A stretch of DNA of 61,896 nt from a virus (lineage: Duplodnaviria; Caudoviricetes): positions 1-61,896 of the IMG/VR virus record IMGVR_UViG_3300030103_002748. One strand, given 5' to 3'. The position numbers and the translations under genes are program-made. Positions 29,048 through 37,460 of the stretch are shown here, in pieces (position 1 is the stretch's first letter; each line of letters opens with the position of its first letter). Below the pieces are notes generated by a model. The model saw nothing but the letters and a program-made list of their open reading frames with translations, did no database searches and was not told the origin of the DNA.

Positions 29048-29763
29048 CCCACAGAAAAGGCCGGTATTCTGTTGGCGTCAATAACGAAACTTGAGTGCAA
29101 TGGATCAATCTGCCTACCGCGAGGGGGCTTGTATTTCAAGCCGACTATTTTGCCGCGCTGCTGTAAGTTAACGATGTCGCTGTTATCACCATTGACCACG
29201 GGCCGCCCTAAAAAACTCTCCGGCATACCGCCGTGAAATACTGCTGAAATCGGTCTATCAGTCTTTAACGCTGTTTCGACCTGAGATTGATATCGCCTCG
29301 CTTTGGAATAGCTGAACATTAGCGAATAATTATGAGGAACACGGTCGAGTCTTTTGGCGATTTTAGTGTAGTCAAACAGATTCAATTTCGGAAAGCTTTG
29401 CGGTATCGCACCATTGGTTTCCAATTCCCATTGAACGTCGGAAAGGACGTTAAGCCGCACATAAGGCTCGACGTTATTACGGTCGCATAGTTTTTGAAAA
29501 TTGTGCAATTCGTTATAGAGCTTTTCCAGAAAGCCGGAACGGTCTTGCATATAGAAATCAGTCTTCCGCTGCCGCCCCTCACTAACGTTTGACATGCCGC
29601 CCCGACCCGCAGCTTCGAGGCAAGGCAATTCGCATTCCGCGGTTTTACGCATAGGGCAAAGCGAATCATTCGGTTTTAAGGATAAGCCCGCGACCCGTAT
29701 AGCTTTATCGCGGTTATTTTTGCGTAGCTTTGTATTGCCGCCACTGGTGTCTAATAGTTTCAT
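29044..29763 (-). CDS. GP88-family (radical-SAM-related) protein
   Basis: N.KL.K, CP.....C...CL..AGRG, RLN..SD, FDYTK, Y.L.FS. Confidence 0.7.
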   Translation of the reverse strand: MKLLDTSGGNTKLRKNNRDKAIRVAGLSLKPNDSLCPMRKTAECELPCLEAAGRGGMSNVSEGRQRKTDFYMQDRSGFLEKLYNELHNFQKLCDRNNVEPYVRLNVLSDVQWELETNGAIPQSFPKLNLFDYTKIAKRLDRVPHNYSLMFSYSKARRYQSQVETALKTDRPISAVFHGGMPESFLGRPVVNGDNSDIVNLQQRGKIVGLKYKPPRGRQIDPLHSSFVIDANRIPAFSVG

Positions 29764-29796
29764 TTTTGATTCCCGTTTTATGGTGGATAAAAGGCT

Positions 29797-29825
29797 AATG
29801 TATGCGCCTTTTATGTGGGCGTCAA
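29797..29825 (-). promoter_or_regulatory. Sigma70-type promoter
   Basis: TTGACG-cccacataaaaggcgca(17)-TACATT. Confidence 0.7.
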
Positions 29826-30149
29826 GTCTTTTATTTCAGCTTCTAATCGGATGCGAGCCTCACGCATTACAGAGGCCAGATACACGCCTTCCTCAGTGTC
29901 CACTAGGCCGTCCCTGAAAACCTCTTCACCAAACTCTAAAGCCCCGACGCGATCCTTCATTACGTCTAGCCGGTTTTCGTCCAGTTGTTTTTTCAACGTT
30001 TTTATATAGCTGTCCAATTTTTCCTGAGTTTTAAAATCAGAACGAATGTCGAGAGTGCCACTTACCCCAACGTCCCAACTCCAGTACTCCAGAATTTTCA
30101 ACAAATACTCTGCATACGGTCTCAGTTCTTTTTCACTTCTTTCCATCAT
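29811..30149 (-). CDS. Hypothetical protein
   Basis: ORF with RBS GAGGAG before ATG 30149. Confidence 0.6.
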   Translation of the reverse strand: MMERSEKELRPYAEYLLKILEYWSWDVGVSGTLDIRSDFKTQEKLDSYIKTLKKQLDENRLDVMKDRVGALEFGEEVFRDGLVDTEEGVYLASVMREARIRLEAEIKDLTPT

Positions 30150-30477
30150 CGTTCTCCTCAAACAAACTAGCCAACTCCAAACACAGTTTGTGAAGTGTTT
30201 CTGGTGCTTTTTCTTGTTGAATCTTTTCTTTTAACTCACGAATAACCTTGTCTCTTGGGTTCAAAATTTCTTTAGCATCTCTCACTTCTTCATAAAGATT
30301 AGCTAGGTACTCATTCATATCTTCTTCGCTATCAAATGACGGCGTTCCGCTTGTACTGAAATTAACAGTATCAATGTCATTTCCGAGGAACTTATATCTC
30401 AAGTCTTCAGCGTAGCAATCTAAACTGTGGATAAGCGATTCAAAAAACTTTGCATCCATTGTTACTTGTTCAGCCAT
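30133..30477 (-). CDS. Hypothetical protein
   Basis: ORF with RBS GGGAG and own promoter. Confidence 0.65.
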   Translation of the reverse strand: MAEQVTMDAKFFESLIHSLDCYAEDLRYKFLGNDIDTVNFSTSGTPSFDSEEDMNEYLANLYEEVRDAKEILNPRDKVIRELKEKIQQEKAPETLHKLCLELASLFEENDDGKK

Positions 30478-30510
30478 ATCAAACTCCCGTTACGTGGTGG
30501 ATTTGAGGCC

Positions 30511-30539
30511 AATGTATAGAATCTTTATGTGTACGTCAA
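30511..30539 (-). promoter_or_regulatory. Sigma70-type promoter
   Basis: TTGACG-tacacataaagattcta(17)-TACATT. Confidence 0.7.
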
Positions 30540-30841
30540 GCCTCAAAAAAGACATTATCCTCACCAAACCATTTCACCAAGTAATCTATAGCAGAGGAAA
30601 AACAAGCGTCAGACTCTTCTGGGGTCCAATCCTCCCCGCTGCCGAAAGTGTCTTTCCACCCTAGTGACTCAGCCAACTCGGTGATCTGTGCGAAGCTACT
30701 TTCCTCTGTAATCGTCAATTTCATTTCTGCGTCTCCTGAATAATGTTCTTTTGTTTTCCCACCACATTCGCAACGCTCTGGGACTTCGCTGTCGCTCATC
30801 ATCGCTGACCATTGGTGGCCGCAAACTTCACATATCCACAT
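30536..30841 (-). CDS. Zn-ribbon/rubredoxin-like small protein
   Basis: W.CEVCG ... P.RCECG. Confidence 0.6.
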   Translation of the reverse strand: MWICEVCGHQWSAMMSDSEVPERCECGGKTKEHYSGDAEMKLTITEESSFAQITELAESLGWKDTFGSGEDWTPEESDACFSSAIDYLVKWFGEDNVFFEA

Positions 30842-31126
30842 CGTCTAATTCCTCTTAGCACAAACATATTCACTCATTTCTGCGTCTGCTCCGGTCGAGT
30901 AAGGTTTACCAGCTCCCAAGCAAGCTCATGCAATCGAGCTTTGTTTTCAATCTCATGCTGAAGTTGATTAATCAATTCTTCTATTGTCATTTCTGCGTCT
31001 CCTCTCTTCCTTTTCCTTTAATCGTCTAATGGTTTCTTTCGTTCCTGGACCCCTGATCCATTTCTCAAGCAGATAGAATATAAACATCATGCCTCCTAGA
31101 TATGAGACATTATTATATGGGGCTAT

Positions 31127-31585
31127 CTAGTGGGTGTCAATGTGATCGATGAGAGCATTGACAGTGTTGGAGTGGAGAACAGGCTCTACCGCTTCAAGCC
31201 CGTGTCGTTTGACGTCCTCGACCTGATCGCCAGAGAACAGGAAGTAATCGGTATCCTCCGCCCGCATCCGACGGACCACGAGCCAGACAGGAGCATCCGC
31301 ATGTGTGGTAAGAAAACTTACTTGATGAGGACTAATTGTTACTTTGTTGGTAGTGGTGTTCTTGAGTTCGATTAGTTGAAACCTAGACTGTGTGTCTAAG
31401 ATCATAACGTCTGGGACACCCTGAGATGCCCAACTTTCAAGCCGTGTTACCTTCCATTGAGGCATCTGCTTGGCTATCTGTCGTTTCATGCTTGACCAGA
31501 ATTGGCTTTCCGTCGATCTCCTCGTAATTGGCGTCTTCCGCTTCTGCTTCGATGGTTCTTCCCACGGTACCTCTAAGTTCTGCAA
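31127..31585 (-). CDS. PD-(D/E)xK nuclease (VRR-NUC/Holliday junction resolvase-like)
   Basis: ES.FW, RLE....GVPD, IELK, SPHQ; true start uncertain, overlaps terS. Confidence 0.8.
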   Translation of the reverse strand: MQNLEVPWEEPSKQKRKTPITRRSTESQFWSSMKRQIAKQMPQWKVTRLESWASQGVPDVMILDTQSRFQLIELKNTTTNKVTISPHQVSFLTTHADAPVWLVVRRMRAEDTDYFLFSGDQVEDVKRHGLEAVEPVLHSNTVNALIDHIDTH

Positions 31586-32069
31586 TTGCTTTTAAAACCT
31601 CTTCTTTTGACATGCTGTCTATTGTGCCATGCCTGATTTCAGACTTGTTGATGTAAATATTGCCATGAGCCTGACCGCGACGATATTCCGCCATCACGGC
31701 TGCGGAGTAGTTTTTGTCAGAAAAGGCCGCATCCCGAATCTTCTGTAGGTCACGCAGATGACGACTGAAGTCTATCCCATATTTACGGTCCAGTTCAGCG
31801 CGATACTGATTGATTGCCTTGACCACATGCGGACAGATAGCCGGATTGGTCATCTCGTAGGCTCGGGTGTGAGCAGAGGATTCAGGGTAGCCCGCATTGA
31901 CGGCTGCTTCTCTCAAAGTTATCTGGCCATCTTTCGACACCAGTTCTTTAACAAAAAGCTCTTGCTTACGGGTGAGTGGAGTGTCTGGAGTGACCTTGGG
32001 TCTACCGGGCTTGCCAGGTTTCTTCTCAAGATCGCGGTACTTTGCTTTAGCTAGGGCTGAACTATTCAT
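31437..32069 (-). CDS. terS: Terminase small subunit
   Basis: LT.KQ..FV.E, AAV.AGY..SA...A..M..P....HV..AI HTH pattern; helical oligomerisation region. Confidence 0.8.
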   Translation of the reverse strand: MNSSALAKAKYRDLEKKPGKPGRPKVTPDTPLTRKQELFVKELVSKDGQITLREAAVNAGYPESSAHTRAYEMTNPAICPHVVKAINQYRAELDRKYGIDFSRHLRDLQKIRDAAFSDKNYSAAVMAEYRRGQAHGNIYINKSEIRHGTIDSMSKEEVLKAIAELRGTVGRTIEAEAEDANYEEIDGKPILVKHETTDSQADASMEGNTA

Positions 32070-32079
32070 GCCGCAGTAG

Positions 32080-32286
32080 TATATAGAGCCAGAAAAATAA
32101 AAAAAATAAAAAAAGCTAGACCCCCCTTAACGAGTTTTTGATCTTAACGATACTTCTGTAACCCGTGTAACCATAGTGTAACCAACAAACCCAGTAAATA
32201 CGGGGCCTCTGGGCCGTGGTTACACGGTTACGCCGGTTACGCCATTTTAAATAAAAAAATATTTTTTTATTTTCTGGCCCTATATA
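32080..32286. repeat. Symmetric non-coding element: outer inverted repeat with inverted triple iterons
   Basis: TATATAG(A/G)GCCAGAAAA..TAAAAAA inverted pair (32080-32107/32261-32286); GTAACC x3 (32158, 32167, 32178) facing GGTTAC x3 (32218, 32226, 32235). Confidence 0.85.
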
Positions 32287-32438
32287 TAGAAAAAGACCCG
32301 TAACGTGGGTCGGACGGCTTGATCACCGGTTGGAATCGATTCATACCTCTATGCAAGGCAGAATACTGAGACCGGCTCAAGCTGCGGGTGTTACAGGGGA
32401 TGAAGATGATACCCTACGCACCGCCCGCTGGCGTTTGG

Positions 32439-32798
32439 TTAGGACTTTGGTTCAGCCCGTGGGTTTTCCATCTTGGTGTATGCCTCGAAGTCGAACTTGA
32501 TTAACTCCTCATCTGTGTCCGGGACGTCGAACCACTCTTTTATCAGATCGTTGTCCTCACTGATCCGCTTGAAGTATTTCCAAAAGACCGGATCGTGGAT
32601 GTGATACTCGTGGATGCTGTGGTCGTGGGGCGTGATGTGTATGCAGTTGACCCCGATCGCGTGACTCTGCCAAGTGTACTTAGTCGAGCCGAAGTGACCG
32701 TAATCCACGGTTTGTTTTTCGGACGTCTGGATTACGATGGCGGTGAAGAAGTCTGGGTTGCCCTCGTTTTTGACGGCTGTAATTTTAATTACTTGCAT
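32439..32798 (-). CDS. Hypothetical protein
   Basis: ORF with own promoter and RBS AGGA. Confidence 0.6.
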   Translation of the reverse strand: MQVIKITAVKNEGNPDFFTAIVIQTSEKQTVDYGHFGSTKYTWQSHAIGVNCIHITPHDHSIHEYHIHDPVFWKYFKRISEDNDLIKEWFDVPDTDEELIKFDFEAYTKMENPRAEPKS

Positions 32799-32859
32799 TG
32801 TAATTTCCTAAAAGTTGTTAAAGGACGTGGAGCTGATCTTTTTGTCAGCTTCTAAACAC

Positions 32860-32888
32860 ATGGTATCATACTTTATGTGTACTGTCAA
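32860..32888 (-). promoter_or_regulatory. Sigma70-type promoter
   Basis: TTGACA-gtacacataaagtatga(17)-TACCAT. Confidence 0.7.
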
Positions 32889-32920
32889 ACCCTTTATTTT
32901 CGGGGCTTTTAAGGATTGGG

Positions 32921-33625
32921 TCAAATTTTGAGGTTATCGAGGGGGAGTTCGGACTTGTCGAAGTCTTCGACGCACTTGCGGTAGGCGTCCATAAAATGGT
33001 CGGACACTGAGTCGGTTACCTGCCAATCTTCTTTCTTGAAATCTTTGCTTGGATTGACGTGTCCCTTACCGGTGGCGTTATCGAAGTAGAGTTGGGTTTG
33101 CCCACCGTCGGGGCCGAAGAAGAATTTCGGCACTCGGGGGATGGCATCAGAGCCGCAGACTACGGAGAGTTGTGTTTTTAACCAGGGCATTTTGCCGTTG
33201 TAGACGGGTCGGAAGAATACGTTGGGTTTTCCTAGTGTCACGAGGTGGGCGTCTTTGAACTCGGAGCAGGACCAGGCGGAGAGTTCCGCCAGGGCCCCGC
33301 CCAAGCTGTGCCCACATATCAACAGCTTTTTGGCCGGGTCCAGGAGTTTTCTGATCTCCGTCCAAACTGAACGATGGGCCCTGACGAAACCTGCATGACA
33401 GAGTCTACCTTTATACGGTCGAGGTAGGCTTAAAACGTTGTACATCCAGTCCCTGACCTGCTGTGTGCCTCTGAATACGACGATATCGAGATGCGGGGTC
33501 CGGTGGACAAAAGCCGTGGTAGACGTTCTGTCACACTCTACTTTGGTGGCTCCGACGATGTTGTCGTTATAGGCATTTTCAGCGTAGATGCAAGCGGTGT
33601 CTAAATTGTCTTCGCTGAATGACAT
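32921..33625 (-). CDS. Class 3 lipase (second copy)
   Basis: VFRGT, CHAGF, GHSLGG, T.GKP, D.IPRVP, DH.M..Y; paralog of 2098..2868. Confidence 0.9.
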   Translation of the reverse strand: MSFSEDNLDTACIYAENAYNDNIVGATKVECDRTSTTAFVHRTPHLDIVVFRGTQQVRDWMYNVLSLPRPYKGRLCHAGFVRAHRSVWTEIRKLLDPAKKLLICGHSLGGALAELSAWSCSEFKDAHLVTLGKPNVFFRPVYNGKMPWLKTQLSVVCGSDAIPRVPKFFFGPDGGQTQLYFDNATGKGHVNPSKDFKKEDWQVTDSVSDHFMDAYRKCVEDFDKSELPLDNLKI

Positions 33626-33630
33626 GAGGG

Positions 33631-33771
33631 TTAGGGGTTACGCTTCGTGGTGTTTTTTGTTTTTTTCGGAAGCGATTTTTCTAATTTGTCGGCTTGACCA
33701 GAGTGCAGCTTAGAAGCTTTTCTAAGTTCTCTGATCATTTTACGTTTTTGTGCGTCTGTAAAAGTACCCAT
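33631..33771 (-). CDS. 46-aa basic protein (below ORF-track cutoff)
   Basis: Manual translation MGTFTDAQKRKMIRELRKASKLHSGQADKLEKSLPKKTKNTTKRNP, directly upstream of lipase. Confidence 0.5.
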   Translation of the reverse strand: MGTFTDAQKRKMIRELRKASKLHSGQADKLEKSLPKKTKNTTKRNP

Positions 33772-33786
33772 CCCCTAATTATAAGT

Positions 33787-33814
33787 AAAAAAAACCCCGG
33801 AACAAGTCCGGGGG
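33787..33814 (-). terminator. Intrinsic terminator
   Basis: CCCCGGA stem followed by a T8 run on the minus strand. Confidence 0.7.
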
Positions 33815-34039
33815 CTAGGAATCAAGGAAATAATGAATAACTATACAGCGTTTGTTACTTTACGCTTGCGTCCAACGGGTGTCAAACGTTTGTCGGCGGT
33901 CTCCCAGCCGCGCTTATAGGACGCATAACGTCCTTTGCTCATATTTGGGTATGTTTTGCGGGCCGTGGTCAGTGAGGGGCACTTCATGTGTGACAGACCA
34001 CTAGCCAGGAGACCACTATACCGATCAGTAGGACTTCCA

Positions 34040-34288
34040 TCAGTGCATCATCCGTCTTTCTTCTTCTGTGATTTCAGGAAGATCGCTGCCCATTGATGCG
34101 GTCATTTGTTGCCAGATGACTTGTGGCAGCTCGACTTCCTCGGCTAGGGCTCCGGTCACGTGCAGTAGGGCCGCCAGGACGGTGCCTGACTCCACCTCTG
34201 CAAAATCTTTTTTAAGAATCTCCATAATTGCACTTTCAATCTCCTTGCCTTCTTTCATAAATTTCATAAATTTTGTGTCTACGTTCAT
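34040..34288 (-). CDS. Hypothetical protein
   Basis: Start reassigned to ATG 34288 (ATGA overlap with upstream gene). Confidence 0.6.
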   Translation of the reverse strand: MNVDTKFMKFMKEGKEIESAIMEILKKDFAEVESGTVLAALLHVTGALAEEVELPQVIWQQMTASMGSDLPEITEEERRMMH

Positions 34289-34551
34289 GAGTCTGGATGC
34301 CTCCTGAGTTCCCAAGCGTAATCGGTCAGCTTGTTGAGAAGGTCTTCTGCTGAGAAGACGTTTTCTTTCAGTATTTCGGCAATGATACGTCGATCTTGTG
34401 CCATGAGCCGGTCGCAATGGTCGTCGTAGGCTCGGTCCTCGTCGATTTCATAGCGTGGGGTAGATTTGCCGTAGTCTTCATCTTCTACGCGCATGGGGTT
34501 ATCAGATATGTCCTTCATTACTGGGGTCCTCCAAGGTTTGTTTGCATTCAT
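34285..34551 (-). CDS. Hypothetical protein
   Basis: Overlapping operon gene; DED.AYD motif. Confidence 0.55.
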   Translation of the reverse strand: MNANKPWRTPVMKDISDNPMRVEDEDYGKSTPRYEIDEDRAYDDHCDRLMAQDRRIIAEILKENVFSAEDLLNKLTDYAWELRRHPDS

Positions 34552-34729
34552 TAAGTACAGATTGAGCGGTGTCCAGGGCTCTAGAAAGGGTGTGCGGGGT
34601 TTTCTTGAGGTCTGCTACATGCTCCAAGGTTTCTAAATCGTCCCGCAAGTCCACGACGTATTCCTGAGCCATGCGCTGAACCATCTTCAGTTGTTCGGTT
34701 GTGAGTATTAAGTTGTGGTTGTGTGCCAT
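34502..34729 (-). CDS. Hypothetical protein
   Basis: Start reassigned to ATG 34729 (MAHNHN) with RBS GGAGG. Confidence 0.6.
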   Translation of the reverse strand: MAHNHNLILTTEQLKMVQRMAQEYVVDLRDDLETLEHVADLKKTPHTLSRALDTAQSVLNECKQTLEDPSNEGHI

Positions 34730-34753
34730 ATGCCCTCCTGTGTAAAGATACAC

Positions 34754-34812
34754 ATAATATTCATATAAGAGTGCATAGTCAAATTGTTTTACACAAAAAA
34801 ATCTGGTATACT
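34754..34812. promoter_or_regulatory. Back-to-back sigma70-type promoters
   Basis: Minus: TTGACT-17-TATTAT (34782-34754); plus: TTGTTT-17-TATACT (34784-34812). Confidence 0.6.
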
Positions 34813-34838
34813 TTGTGTATAAAGTTTGGAGACCAGTA

Positions 34839-34994
34839 ATGGCTGAAAAGAAATACGATTTTGACAAGGTCCAGGCGGTACGCCATGCTCGTAACGAAGA
34901 GAAGCGTAGTATCAAGTGGATAGCAAACGCCTATGAAGTACCCGTTGATACGGTTAGGGATTGGATATACCGAGACCGTCGTGTCCGAAGTTAA
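34839..34994 (+). CDS. 51-aa helix-turn-helix protein (below ORF-track cutoff)
   Basis: Manual translation MAEKKYDFDKVQAVRHARNEEKRSIKWIANAYEVPVDTVRDWIYRDRRVRS; S...IA..Y.V...TV..W HTH signature; RBS GGAGA. Confidence 0.7.
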   Translation: MAEKKYDFDKVQAVRHARNEEKRSIKWIANAYEVPVDTVRDWIYRDRRVRS

Positions 34995-35181
34995 AACCTT
35001 CGAATGTTCCCGTTGTGAGACTGATTTCAATATTGAAATTGAATATCACAGAAAAGGAGCGGAGGCAGAAATAGTGTCGCTGCTTTGTCCGGCTTGTTTT
35101 ACTCAGATTCTTGAGCAGAACCCCGCTTTACAGACATATTTTGCAGTAGACCTGCCAATGTCCTTCGAAGTTCTTCATTGA
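34981..35181 (+). CDS. Possible small Zn-finger protein
   Basis: CSRC...CPAC; probable GTG start overlapping the HTH gene; 3' end overlaps an opposite-strand gene. Confidence 0.4.
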   Translation: MSEVKTFECSRCETDFNIEIEYHRKGAEAEIVSLLCPACFTQILEQNPALQTYFAVDLPMSFEVLH

Positions 35182-35287
35182 TCTGTTTTAGGTCCTCAAC
35201 GGCGTCTGTCAGGTCATCTATTTTAGCGAGCTTTGATTCCAGCTCCTGCATTTCTTCCAGGGACTCAAACTCAACCGAAAACCTCAT
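35099..35287 (-). CDS. Small coiled-coil protein
   Basis: ATGA-coupled to upstream gene; heptad pattern. Confidence 0.55.
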   Translation of the reverse strand: MRFSVEFESLEEMQELESKLAKIDDLTDAVEDLKQINEELRRTLAGLLQNMSVKRGSAQESE

Positions 35288-35514
35288 GCCCTGAACTCGG
35301 GCCGTGGGCGACCTTCGTCGATCCGCTTCTGCTCGACCTGGTCACTCAGGAATTCGCGGTCTTTCTGGCTCAGGTTCTCTGCAACCCAGGACTCGAAAAT
35401 TATTCGGAGCTGCCCGGACAATGTGCGTCCCTCCACTTTCGAGACAACAAATAGTTGATCATAGACCTCACGTGGCAATAGCACGGATTTCCATTTGGTT
35501 GTGTCCAATTTCAC
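35284..35514 (-). CDS. Ribbon-helix-helix-like DNA-binding protein
   Basis: WKSVLL..EVY..L......EGRTLS.QL pattern; RBS AGGAG. Confidence 0.6.
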   Translation of the reverse strand: MKLDTTKWKSVLLPREVYDQLFVVSKVEGRTLSGQLRIIFESWVAENLSQKDREFLSDQVEQKRIDEGRPRPEFRA

Positions 35515-35540
35515 TCTCCTGTATAAGATTATCGTATATT

Positions 35541-37460
35541 TTACCGCTTAACTTCGGAAAATTCACCCCAATTTGCACCCATTTCTATATCGCACTTGTT
35601 GGGTACAGCCAGGGGTAGCGCATTCTCCATCATTTGGGCCAGTTCTTTGGCCTGCTCCACAGACTCCACGCTGAAAGCCAGCTCATCATGCACCTGTAGC
35701 AGGGGCGTGGTCCCTGATTCGTAGATGTCCACCATCGCTTTTTTCGTCATGTCTGCGGCGGATGCTTGAATTAGCCGGTTGACCGCCTTGTAGGTGTAGG
35801 CTCTTTTAAGCCGGGTCGTTGGGCCGTAGTGGTTGACGGCCTCCTCGTAGGGCATGGCCTTGCTCATCTCGAACGTGTCTGGCTCCCACATATCAAACCG
35901 GCACTTGCGACCTTTCAGGCTGCGTATGGTGCCGTTAGACTTGGCGCTCTCGATGTGTTTCTGCACCCCTTGGGTCAGGCTCTTAACGAACGGGACGCGG
36001 TCGTGGTACAGCCTGGTGAGGGCTTTGGCCTCGTCCATGTCGATGCCCAGTTGGTCCGCCAGCTTGCCTGCCCCCATGCCATACATCATGGCTAGGTTGA
36101 TGGTCTTTGCCTGCTTGCGTGGGATGTCTGCCATCTCTGCCACCATCGTATGAAAATCCATGTCAGGGTTCTCGGTGTAGCCTTTGACAAACTCCTCGAC
36201 GCCTTCCATAGGCATCTTGCGATAGTCCCCAAATACCTTAGCGTAATGGGTCAGGATGCGTGGTTCCTGCTGTGAGAAGTCTATGGCCGCCCACTGCTGA
36301 TCTTCTTCCGGTAGAAACAGTTGCCTGATCATCGGGCCCAGCTCCGGGTCGCGGGCCGGGATTTGTTGCATGTTGGGGTTGTTCATAGAAATGCGGCCTG
36401 AGACGGTGCCCCCGTCATCGGAGCGCACCTGATTGATGTGGCTGTGTACCCGCCCGTCTTTATTGACATGCTTGAGCAGTCCGTCGATGAATCCGCCCTG
36501 GGTCTTGTTCAGGTTACGGGCTTTAACGATGCACTGTGCCAGTTCATGCTCGTGATCGTTCAGGAATGCTTTAGTGAAGCTGGGAGAGCCCTTGTCCGTG
36601 CGTGGGTAGGTAAGCCCTACCTTATCGAAGGCTTTGGCTATGGAGGCAGCCGCCCAGATTTCTACGTCGGACCCGGCGATTTCTTTAATGCGTTTACGCA
36701 TGGCCTTTTCACGCTTGAGCAACTCTTGTTTGGTCCGTTCAGCGCGGTCTACGTCAAACCGGATGCCTTGCATAGTCATGTCCACAAGGCACGGCAGCAG
36801 CGCAGTCTCCAGCTCCCAGATTTGCCATAGCTCTTCTTTGTTGAGCAGGGTCTTGTAGTGGTTCCACAGCTCCAGGGTAATCTCAGCGTCCACCTCCGCG
36901 TAGGGACCGACGAACTGGCTGGGCAACTTCCACATCTCGCCTTTGGGGTCGAGTCCAAACTCCACAGCAGCCTGAGTCAGCACCTTCTCTGACTTGGTTT
37001 TGTTGAGGTAGTCGTAGCACAGCGCGTTGAGGCTGTAACTGAACCGGTTCTCGTCCAGAAGCGACGCAGTCAGCATGGTATCGATGATGCGACCTTTGAC
37101 CTCAAAGCCCATAGACTTGATCCATCCCAGGTCGTACTGGGCGTTGTGCATGATCTTGTCTGCGGGGGTATTGAACACCTTTTGTAGATATTTGTTGATC
37201 TGCCGTTTGTCCATGTTGCCACCGCCAAGATGACCCACAGGGAAGTAGCCCTTCCAGCCGGGAACCGCAATGGCGTAACCCACCACCTCACCGTTGCTGG
37301 TTGGCCATCCAGGGCCGTTGGACTTGATGTCCGGGTCGCGGGTCTCGACGTCTATGGCAATCTCTTTTGCCTCTAGTATGGCTTCAGGGAACGGATGCTC
37401 TGGGGGAAGCCAGTCGGACTTTGGCGGAAACATCGCCATCTGTAGTTTACCCGTGGCCAT
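35541..37460 (-). CDS. polA: DNA polymerase family A with 3'-5' exonuclease
   Basis: IDVET (Exo I), HNAQYD (Exo II), YAEVD (Exo III), DFSQQEPR (motif A), RKQAKTINLAMMYG (motif B), QVHDEL (motif C). Confidence 0.95.
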   Translation of the reverse strand: MATGKLQMAMFPPKSDWLPPEHPFPEAILEAKEIAIDVETRDPDIKSNGPGWPTSNGEVVGYAIAVPGWKGYFPVGHLGGGNMDKRQINKYLQKVFNTPADKIMHNAQYDLGWIKSMGFEVKGRIIDTMLTASLLDENRFSYSLNALCYDYLNKTKSEKVLTQAAVEFGLDPKGEMWKLPSQFVGPYAEVDAEITLELWNHYKTLLNKEELWQIWELETALLPCLVDMTMQGIRFDVDRAERTKQELLKREKAMRKRIKEIAGSDVEIWAAASIAKAFDKVGLTYPRTDKGSPSFTKAFLNDHEHELAQCIVKARNLNKTQGGFIDGLLKHVNKDGRVHSHINQVRSDDGGTVSGRISMNNPNMQQIPARDPELGPMIRQLFLPEEDQQWAAIDFSQQEPRILTHYAKVFGDYRKMPMEGVEEFVKGYTENPDMDFHTMVAEMADIPRKQAKTINLAMMYGMGAGKLADQLGIDMDEAKALTRLYHDRVPFVKSLTQGVQKHIESAKSNGTIRSLKGRKCRFDMWEPDTFEMSKAMPYEEAVNHYGPTTRLKRAYTYKAVNRLIQASAADMTKKAMVDIYESGTTPLLQVHDELAFSVESVEQAKELAQMMENALPLAVPNKCDIEMGANWGEFSEVKR

